Notes under the pieces: generated by a model
The model's database searches: none
Seen by the model: the letters and a program-made list of their open reading frames with translations, nothing else
Told to the model about the DNA's origin: nothing
Part shown: positions 10,788-20,204 of the stretch, one piece after another
Position numbering within the stretch: the first letter of the stretch is position 1
Layout of the letters: every line of letters starts with the position of its first letter
Position numbers and translations under genes: made by a program
NCBI GenBank assembly: GCA_049999805.1
Contig: JBNGIO010004602.1
Span: 1 to 64,000 of the forward strand
Origin: Folioceros fuciformis
Taxonomy: Eukaryota
Length of the DNA stretch: 64,000 nt
Reading direction: 5' to 3'

Positions 10788-12832
10788 CTAAACTATATAA
10801 TAGTATTCATCTTGCAAAGGAGGTGCGTAGTAGCTGGACGTATGGTTCCAACGAGCTAAGGATTCTTTCACTAATTTGGATATATTAATTTCCATTTGAA
10901 TTACATTTTTTATGCAAGGAAATAAATTTTGTTGCGGAGACTATTGCGTTAACCACACATAAATAAGAGCTTCTTTGTACATATCTTCTAAATCACTTAG
11001 GTGTATTGAATCATGCTCTATGGCATTCGGTAGCCATATTCCAAGCTCCACCGAGACTCCATCGTTGTATGCCTGGGCAAAACAATGAAGAATCTTCATG
11101 GATTTGCATCTTCAACTCTGACAAACATGCTTTAGAGAGACACAACAAAATGTGTACGCATCCCTTACAGAGAGGGAATAATTTTTAATATTTTCTTCTA
11201 CGAATATTGCAATCTCCATCATATTCGTAATACTATTGTCGATTTTGTACGTGCAATTATTCATTTTAAAGTAACATAAGAATTCCTTCAACACTAAACC
11301 TAAATTTATGTTAGGAAAGTTCCCAAGATCATGGCGAGTAGCAAAAGCTTGGATATCTTGCAATGTAGGTTGCAACCTCGCATGTGTGGCGGGAGGCAAT
11401 TCTTTCTCTAAGCATTCGGTGATATAATTCATGTAGTCTTTTGTACTATGCATTGCCGTCATTACAAAACCCTTTTCAAACGAGCTGCTCCAACACTCTG
11501 CTCTTCCGGCAATTTGCTTTAATAAAGACATGTTAATTCTTTTGAATCCTTTTTCGTTAGTGACCAAAATATAATCCTATTGATATTCAAGTTCAACCCC
11601 ATACCAATAGCATCCGTTGCCACAAGAATGTTATATGTATTATTAGGGTCGTTGAATAGCGTTGCTTGTTCTATTCGAACTTGTGGTGGGAGAGCTCCAT
11701 AAATAACGCAACATTTGTAGTTAGTATTTGTTTCAATCATACGTTTCACTGCAAAAATATCTTTTTTTGAAAAGACTATGAAACAATTCCCTATTTGCAC
11801 ATGTTCTAGTGAACAAAGGGGCTCACAAACTTCTAGAGGTTTCATCCTCTCATACTGCTTGATAACAAAATCATCTCCTGTACTTTCACAAAGAGATTGA
11901 ATTACTTCAATTGAGGTTGCATCTCCACATAAATGTATCTCCTCGGATGGCAAACCTAGAAATGCTCTTGTCCATGCCCCACCTTGCTCATTGTTGCTAA
12001 TCATTTGAATTTCGTCTATGACAACCACCTCCCAATCTTGCTCTAAGCGAGCAATCTCGATAGTGCAAGAAAGATGACAAGCCATAGAATTGTCTCTATG
12101 CTCTTGACCAGTGTGCAAAATACAAGGAATTTCTTTCGCATTCATCATTTCAAACACTTCCATAGCGAGAAGGCGTAAGGGGCTGCAATAAATACCGTTG
12201 CTCGCTTGCATTAAGCTTTGCAATGCATTGTATGTTTTTCCGCTATTAGTTGGCCCACAATGGTATATTACCTTTCACTTTATCATTTTGGCTTTAGGAT
12301 ACCAGTTTTGTGGTTGTGTTAAGTTCATTGCTTCATGTAGGAAAATGATTTTTCTCTTTTCATCACTATTTGCACTTTGGTCTTTATAATATTGTATAAA
12401 GATGGAGTATAAATATTCATTGCTTGAAAGTTGGACATGCACATCAAGTTCCTTAGACTCTCGACATGAGTCGATAGAATAACACTCTTCCAATGTACCC
12501 AAGTATTTATTTAACGCCAACCATGATCTTCGAATGAACCACTTGCAAAATATCTCCCATATACAAAATGCAGATTTATATCAAAGTATCCAACTTTCCC
12601 TGCAAGCACAAACGTTCCAACCATCCCTGCAAGAACATAAACAAGGAGTTATCATAAATAGCTCAATGATTTGCACAAACACGTTTATGGTTTTATAGCC
12701 AAACCTATGACAGAAGAAGTTGTCTAAGTAACTTTGGAGGCACTCAATTTTGTAAGAAGATAATTTTTTGTGTTTTCTTGCCTTCAACTTTGCATATGCC
12801 GCCTCCTCCGGAATATATTTTAAAAATTCCAT
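10788..12832 (-). pseudogene. SUV3: Intronless AT-rich SUV3-like RNA helicase pseudogene (essentially full length)
   Basis: One frame from 12832 to 11519 with in-frame TGA at 12581 and 12275: IYHCGPTNSGKTYNAL, YCSPLRLLAMEVF, VIDEIQM, IYGALPP, ATDAIGMGLNLNI. Frameshift near 11525 to KQIAGRA, TGA at 11112, then LHCFAQAY...DLE, another frameshift, then YVWL...LVKESL. Confidence 0.9.
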
Positions 12833-13106
12833 ACGTTAAATTTCACACGTAGATGAGTGTATATCTTACAAAAAAAAGGTTTCCTCAATCGAGTTGCAAG
12901 TGTTTCTTTGATCAAGTTGAAAGTGTTTACTTAATCAAGGAAACATCTACAAATCTTGATGTAATAGCTCTACTTCCAAACGTTTAAGTTTGCAAAGGTT
13001 ACGTAGAAGAGTCCTTCTTACGATAAGAAGGACTCTTCTTTCCAACAAGAGTAACCGTAAACTCATACCTAGTTAGAAAAATAAAATGACAAATCAATCT
13101 ATCGCT

Positions 13107-13231
13107 GAAGGTCAAGGTGTGGAAGGAGGAAGAGTCAACCAACAAGAGCTTTGCGAACGTAGAATGCAGAAGGTCAAGGTGTGGAAGGAGGATGGGTCAA
13201 CCAACAAGAGCTTTGCTAACGTAGAATACAG
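13107..13231. repeat. 62-bp direct tandem duplication
   Basis: gaaggtcaaggtgtggaaggagga...aacgtagaat begins at 13107 and again at 13169. Confidence 0.9.
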
Positions 13232-13732
13232 GTCTTGGTAGTACTATGTTGGATATTGCGAGATTTGCTAGTATTTATTGCTAGTATTTATACTCTTGTG
13301 GGCACTCCCAAACCTAAACCCTAAAATATATTACTAGTAGTAACTACTTAATTTTTATATTTACTATGATATTTTCTTAGTTTTAGTACCATTATAATAT
13401 ACCATTAAAAAAGATGAAATAAAACATAGAAAAAAGTGGGGGGGGCTTAGTATTGGTTCTTTGCAACATTTTTTAGTAGTTTTGTAACCTCTTTTGTTTT
13501 TTTTTATTGCTTTATAACACTTCGAGTTTAAACACCAAACCAATGGAAAGTGTTTATTGTGCTACAAGAAATCTTGCCTCCCTCTAAGCATCTGAACCTC
13601 TTGTCCTAAGACTGTACAACCCTAGTACACATTATACATATATAAATATGCACCCATGAATTCACGCACATATGAGGTGGCCAGCCTCTATGTTGATATA
13701 CACGTATTTTCTTGCAATATTGAACACCGATG

Positions 13733-13973
13733 CTGCCCCTTGGGTGCTTCCTCCCCGTCATGCACACCAAGGCTGTTGGTCATCTTTCCACTCTTTGGTG
13801 GCTCACTTCACATGAGATCGATGAAAGGAGCAGCTTCTCTACTCCTTCTCCCTCGATGTGAGCGAGTACTCACAATAAAACACAAATGCCTCCCCTTGAG
13901 TGCTTCCTCCCCATCGTGCACATCAAGGCTGTTGATCATCTTTCCACTCTTTGGTGGCTCACTTCACATGAGA
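13733..13973. repeat. ~80-bp direct repeat pair
   Basis: ccccttg(g/a)gtgcttcctcccc...ctttggtggctcacttcacatgaga at ~13736 and ~13892. Confidence 0.85.
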
Positions 13974-14099
13974 CACTTCACTCGAAACATAATATATCTT
14001 ATCACCTAACAAGTTTCCTGCTGTCAATCCGACTGTCTTTCGAGTCACAACATCACAACTCCCTTACTTATAAAACAACATCGAGATGCAAGGTCGCAA

Positions 14100-14360
14100 C
14101 ACAAAAACCTTGATTCAATTGTTTAGCTCGTTGTTGATTTTATGATCCAAATTCTTCATCAAAATTACTCTGATTCTCAACAAACTATCAAAAGAATACT
14201 CGTTCATTCTTCCTAGACCTTCATATCCTCGCAACATACCGTTGCCAACTACCTGGCTGAACATCCTCAACCCGGTACACACTATTCGAAAAGTTAACTA
14301 CCAACATAACTGCTTATCAATTGCTCTTCCATGATAACTTTTCATCTACTAATCACCTCA
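14100..14360 (+). mobile_element. Possible highly degenerate Ty3/gypsy integrase C-terminal remnant
   Basis: Frameshifted pieces ILHQNYSDSQQTIKR and TNITAYQLL resemble the post-core/GPY-F region. Weak. Confidence 0.25.
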
Positions 14361-14669
14361 CTGATCGAAACGCACCGACGTTCTCCTCTTCTCGCACTTG
14401 TATTCTCGGGTCCATCAACTTGTACGAAATTATTTTGCATAACAAGTTCACATAGACGCAACGTTATAGCAGACTTTTTAAGTCATGACATGTTACTATC
14501 AACATGTTTTAATCCCATGGATATTGTACTTTTGCTTTGGAGGTAGGTATCATATTAGCTTCGGTGAGCCATTCTTGTCAAGTAAGTAGGCACTTTATCA
14601 GTTTCCGACGGCTAGGCTTATTAAAGAAGTAGGCATTATATTGGCATCTATTGTTGGTTGCACTATACG

Positions 14670-17080
14670 TGATGGCTGATCTTGAGAGCAGGCTATGTGA
14701 ATAGGGGCATGTCTGGAAGGCTGTTGAGAGCATGGGAGTCGTGATGTGTTAGGCTGTGTTGTGCCAAAAGCTCTATCATTGTCCTTACGAAATGTGCAGC
14801 TGAGAAGACAGCCTCTTGATCCAGAATGGTGGGTCCATGCTTTCATCACAAAATTAGGGTACGAAGCATATAAGCTCCTCTACATTCACATGCTTATATT
14901 GGCATCCAAGAGCTAGGCTTGTGGAGGAAGCATGCATTATGTTGGCTTTGATGAGCTAGGCTTGTGAAGGATTATTGTGACAATATAAGACATAAGTGAC
15001 CCATGAAGAAGATATTATGACAATCATGTTGGGTTGATAGAAATCAAGGACTATTATCTAGCCTCTTTTTTCCTTTTTTTTGGTGTATTCACGCTTCAAC
15101 TAGTGGCACTATTAGTGAGGATTGTTGTTTTTTCCATGTTTTTACCCTTTCTTTTGGTACAATTGGGCATTGCTATTTGGTCTTGTTTTATTGTGTGCTT
15201 CTGCTTCCATTTGAAAGGTTTATTATAATATTACATCATTATTTACAAAAGATATTCTACTTCAACTTTGTATCAGCAAATAGGGTCTAGAGAAAGAGGG
15301 GTATGTATGCAAAGTGCAGCAGCTTGGGAGACACCCAAAAAGTATTTGATGGCACTGCTAGAAAAGATAAAGTGCGAAGGGCGAAAGGTAAGATGCTTTT
15401 CGCCTTTGCAGCTCTATGCAAGAAGAAGGCATTGTTGCACCTAATTCCATGACTTTTTGTGAGCCTCCTGCAGGCGTGCCCAAGTATGGGCACCCCGGCT
15501 TTAGAGAAGAGGAAGCAAGTTCATGCACAAATCATAGAGCCCTGCATGCGTGACGAGCTTGCCATGCCGTCATGGGTTGTGAAATAGCTTTGCATACAAA
15601 AGGCCGGTTAAGGGTGTGCGTGGAGGCGAGACAGATGGGTGCACATAAGATAGAACGGTGAAAGGTGAAAGGCAAGGTGTCCGCTCTGAACCTTGCATGT
15701 AGAGGATGGATGCTGAACCATAATTCCTAACCCTAATAAAAAATAAAAATAAATAAATAACTATGAGTGAGAGATGATCCGAACCGGTGAGGGTTTGTCC
15801 TGATTGGGACGCGTAGATGGCGCCCTACGACCAAAGAGCTAGATGTATTACTGGCAAAAGTTTGGACGTATATTGGTGCCCAAAACTTGGTGTGAAAGTC
15901 AACGTGATGGTATTGTGTATTCCATACACATGCAATCCCTCGACGGGAATCTGTGGTAGATTCTACCGTATATTCTCATATAAAATACGTATAGCAGAAA
16001 AAAAAAACTTCAAGTGTCTCGGGCGTGTCCGAAATACCGGCAGCTTGAGAGACACCCAGAAAGTGTTTGATGGCACTGCTGGAAAAGATGTAGTGCGAAG
16101 GGCGAAGGGCCGGATGCTTCTCGCCTTTACAGCTCTATGCAAAAGGAAGGCATTGTTGCACCCAATTCCATGACTTTTGGAAGCCTCTGCAGGCGGGCGC
16201 AAGTATGGGCACCCCGGCTTTGGAGAAGAGGAGGCAAGTTCTTGTCTGAAAGGGACGTTGTTGCCTGGAACGGCTGATCCTTTGAGCAGGCTATGTGAAC
16301 AGGGGTATGTCTGAGAGGGTGTTGAGAGTTTGGGAGTTCTGGTGAAGACCGGCTGTGCTGTGCCAAAAGCTCTGTCGTTGTCCTTACGAATGTGCAGCTG
16401 AGAAGGCAACCTCTTGATCGGGATCGGCGGGTCCATGCTTTCATCACGAAACTGGGGTATGAAGCGGGTACGTTCCTGTGCAATCACATGCTGCGAATGG
16501 GTGCATCTCATGGCAGGTTACAAGCAGGCATGGATGTCTTCACCATGGTTGCCCAACCGGATGCCTTCGGATGGTATGGCGAGACCGAGACATGGCTGCA
16601 CCCGATTCTGTGGCGTTCGTGTCCCTCTTCAAGGCTTGTGCAAGTGTGGGCAACCTGACGTTGGAGAAGGTGAAGCAGCTTCATGCTCAACTCAGAGAAC
16701 GTGGGGGTGAAGCTGAATCAGATGTGACTGTGGCCAACAGTCTGGTGAAAACGTATGCAAAGTGTGGCAACTTGGATGCGGCTCAAATAGTGTTTGATGC
16801 CCTTAAGCAGAAAGATGTAGTGACTTGGGGTGCTAGTTCTCTTCGTCTTCACAGCTTTCTGCAAGCAGACGGCACTGTTGCACTCAATTCCACAGTCTCT
16901 TGGTTAGCATCCCCGGCCAAGGCCTGAACTGCTTATTGCTTCAATGAGGAAGTTAGGAAGGCTATGTGCTAGCTAGATATGGGTTCGTTACCGGCTGGAC
17001 TAAAAATGGCAGGGGCTGATCTTTGTGTGCATTTAATTGTACAGACTCGTTCGTCGAAACATCTTCAGATCTGCAGGGTC
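14670..17080 (+). pseudogene. Scrambled PPR pseudogene fragments related to PPR1
   Basis: Blocks at ~14670-14890, ~15300-15540, ~16040-16270, ~16271-16570, ~16590-16890 and ~16892-17080 match separate parts of 8240-10520, with deletions and frameshifts. Confidence 0.85.
15735..15848 (-). mobile_element. tRNA-derived SINE-like / Pol III promoter element
   Basis: Minus strand has A-box-like TAGCTCTTTGG (15841-15831) and B-box-like GGTTCGGATC (15785-15776), followed by a T-rich tract. No acceptor-stem pairing, so not a true tRNA. Confidence 0.45.
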
Positions 17081-17619
17081 CCATCCTGAAGCTCGGTATC
17101 CATCCTGGACGATCTCTCGAGCAGCACAATGATTTCCTTGGGAGCAACAACCCCCGACCTTAGATGCTGCTGGGAGCAAAGCAGTTGTACAGCAAATTTT
17201 GGAAAAGTAGGATGATCTAGACTAGTGTTGGCTGTTGGTACCAGCTGTCGACATTCTGTGACACCTCCCTGAAATTCGTGACATCATGTCGTCTTTGATC
17301 AAGCAATCTTCGATTGTAGCCCATCCCACAAGGTGCTAGGATCCCCGTGTAAGCCCATTGTCGATGACCATCCACGGTGGCCCGTAACAAAGTTGTCGGT
17401 CGTCCTCGACAAAAGGCGCATGCTTTTGTAAAGGTTCGAGGTTATGGCGTGCTCTAGACACTGGGAGTTGGACACAAGCGAAGCACAGAGACTGTGTGGC
17501 AACCCGTTGTTGTTTTGCATGTGGTGATCAGGCTCTGCCGGTGGCTGTAGTCCGTATTTTCACTCTTGCGCTCTCTGAATGACCTATAGTAGGTGGATGC
17601 AAAGCGTCCTTCCCTAGAT

Positions 17620-20043
17620 ATGCAGATGGGAACCTGCAACTGGAGCGTGCCGGAAACGTGTAAGCCTCACAGGCCTGCAGGATATGCAACGGGCGTAAAC
17701 CTGATCAAGCTTTGCGAAAAAGGCCTTTTGACGGAGGCTGTGGAGGCTTTGGGAGTGCTAGTGCAGACACACGCACGTGTATCCAAATCTCAGCTTTATA
17801 GTGTCCTCAAGAGTTCTGTTGCCCGGAAGGATCTTGTCCTGTGTCGCCGTATCCATGCCCTCATGGTGCGAAAGGGGTGCGAGTCGGACACGTTCTTGTG
17901 CAACCACATCCTGAGAATGTATGCGTCTCACGGCAGGTTACAGGAAGCCATAGATGTTTTTACCATGGTTCCCAAACCAGATGCCTTCATGTGGTCTTCC
18001 TTGATTTCTGCCCATGTCAAACAAGGAAATGACAAGCAGGCCATAGAGCTGTATCATCGAATGCGGAGGTCAAGCGTGCAACCAGATGGCTACGTATTTG
18101 TGGCAGCCCTCCAGGCTTGTGCAAGGGGCGCAGACCTGGAATCTGGGCAGCAGGTGCACACTGATGTCATAGCCTGTGACGCTGAGCCTGATTTATTCGT
18201 GTGTAGTTCGTTGGTGGACATGTATGCAAAGTGTGGCAGCGTGGAAGACGCTCAGAGAGTATTTGACGGACTTGGTCACAAAGATGTGGTTACATGGAAT
18301 GCCATGATAGCAGGGTTTTCCCAGCGGGGCATGGGCGAAGAAGCCCTCAGACTCTACAGCGATATGCAAGAAGAAGGCGTGGCATCACCCGATTCTGTAA
18401 CGTTTGTGTCTCTCCTGCAGGCTTGTGCAAGCGTGGGTACCTCGGCTTTGCAGAAAGGAAGGCAGCTTCATGAACAACTTAGAGAAAGCGGACATGAAGG
18501 TGATGTGATTTTGGCCAACAGTCTCATAAACATGTACGCCAAGTGTGGCAGCCTGGAAGACGCTGAACGAGTGTTTGACGGAGTTGATCACAAGGATGTG
18601 GTGACGTGGAGTGCTATGATAGCCGCGTATGCCCAGCAGGGCATGGGGCACGAAATCCTTCGTCTCTGCAGTACTATGGAAGCCGCAAGAATTGTTGCAC
18701 TTGACTCTGCGACATTCGTTTGCCTCCTGCGGGCATGTGCATGGTTGGGCTCCCCGGCTTTGGAGAAGGGAAAGAAGCTTCATGCACAAGTCAGAGAACG
18801 AGGACATCACGCGGATGTGCCTGTAGCCAACGCGTTAGTGTACATGTATGCAAAGTGTGGTAGCTTGGAAGATGCCCAAAGGGTTTTTGACAGCATGGAT
18901 TCCCCTGATTCCCTGGCATTTGTGTGCCTCCTGCAGGCATATGCAAACTCGGGCGCCATGGCTTTGGAGAAGGGGAGACACCTACATGCACGAATCAAGC
19001 AACGAGGGCTTGAAGGCGATGCATTTCTGGCTAGCAGCCTTGTGAACGCGTATGCAAAGTGTGGCAGCTTGGAGGATGCGCAGAGGGTATTTGATGCACT
19101 TGGTGAGAAAGATGTGGTGACATGGAATGCCATGATAGCTGGGTATTGTCAGCACGGCATGGGTCAGGAAGCCCTTAATGTTTATGCTGCAATGGTTGAA
19201 GAGGTGTGTGCTCTACCTACTTCAGTGACATTCGTGTGCCTCTTGCAAGCATGTGCAGATGTGGCAGCTCTGCAGGTTGGAAAGCACCTACACGCACAGA
19301 TTCAAGAACAAGGGCTCCAAGCTGATTTGCTTGTAGCCGGCAGTCTGATAAACATGTACGGGAAGTCCGGGAGCATGGTCGAGGCACGTCAGGTGTTCGA
19401 GGCATTGCCGGCAAGAGATATCGTCGCATGGAATGCGCTGCTTGCAGGATACACTCGCCAAGGAGACAGCGCAATGGTCTTTGGCTTGGTTGAGCACATG
19501 AGGCAGGATGGCATACACCCAGATGGCATCACATTCATTTCTGTTCTGACAGTATGCAGTCATGCGGGTCTGGTGAACAAGGGCAAAGACTACTTCGAGG
19601 CTATGAGCAGACACTATGGCATCACCGCCACAGTCGACCACTACACATGCATGGTGGATCTCCTGGGTCGTGCAGGCCGATTGGACGAGGCAGTTACTCT
19701 TGTAAGGACAATGTCTGAACTGCCAAATGCTGCAGTTTGGCATACTCTATTGGGAGCTTGTAGAAAATGGAGCAATGTGGAGGTTGCTCGTGATGCTTTC
19801 GATGAAGCTCTGAAGCTAGAGAGTAGAGATGCTGCAGCATATGCGTTGATGTCAAACATATACATTGGTGCCCAGATGTGGGAGCAGGCTCAGGGGTTGC
19901 AGCTGAGGAGACTGAGCATTAGGGTACGGAAGCAGCCAGGCCAGAGCTGGTGGACAGATATGCACGGGCTGGTGCATAGTTTCCTGGTTGGCGAAGCATC
20001 CAGCACGGTTGAAAGAAACAGGACCTGGTGTTCTCCACCATGA
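17620..20043 (+). CDS. PLS-class PPR protein 2 (about 20 repeats, one P motif missing; WW box, DYW absent)
   Basis: Open frame 17593-20043, first in-frame ATG at 17620. PLS array, E1-E2, KQPGQSWWTDMHGLVHSFLVG. True N-terminus uncertain. Confidence 0.9.
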   Translation: MQMGTCNWSVPETCKPHRPAGYATGVNLIKLCEKGLLTEAVEALGVLVQTHARVSKSQLYSVLKSSVARKDLVLCRRIHALMVRKGCESDTFLCNHILRMYASHGRLQEAIDVFTMVPKPDAFMWSSLISAHVKQGNDKQAIELYHRMRRSSVQPDGYVFVAALQACARGADLESGQQVHTDVIACDAEPDLFVCSSLVDMYAKCGSVEDAQRVFDGLGHKDVVTWNAMIAGFSQRGMGEEALRLYSDMQEEGVASPDSVTFVSLLQACASVGTSALQKGRQLHEQLRESGHEGDVILANSLINMYAKCGSLEDAERVFDGVDHKDVVTWSAMIAAYAQQGMGHEILRLCSTMEAARIVALDSATFVCLLRACAWLGSPALEKGKKLHAQVRERGHHADVPVANALVYMYAKCGSLEDAQRVFDSMDSPDSLAFVCLLQAYANSGAMALEKGRHLHARIKQRGLEGDAFLASSLVNAYAKCGSLEDAQRVFDALGEKDVVTWNAMIAGYCQHGMGQEALNVYAAMVEEVCALPTSVTFVCLLQACADVAALQVGKHLHAQIQEQGLQADLLVAGSLINMYGKSGSMVEARQVFEALPARDIVAWNALLAGYTRQGDSAMVFGLVEHMRQDGIHPDGITFISVLTVCSHAGLVNKGKDYFEAMSRHYGITATVDHYTCMVDLLGRAGRLDEAVTLVRTMSELPNAAVWHTLLGACRKWSNVEVARDAFDEALKLESRDAAAYALMSNIYIGAQMWEQAQGLQLRRLSIRVRKQPGQSWWTDMHGLVHSFLVGEASSTVERNRTWCSPP

Positions 20044-20204
20044 ACGAGAACGAGGGATATAGAAGTAAAACGAGAAAGTTTGCTGCGCCAGACACGTTGC
20101 CGACATTTGACACACGTTACCCAATGAAGGGTGAGGACGATGGACAGGTGATGTGATCATTGCTGCATGAGGCCTGCCTAGTTTCAGGTGTCCTCCTGCA
20201 AGCC

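Noticed and set aside
12275-12277. TGA stops in SUV3 repaired by U-to-C editing
   Set aside because: Such editing is organellar, and this nuclear copy also has frameshifts.
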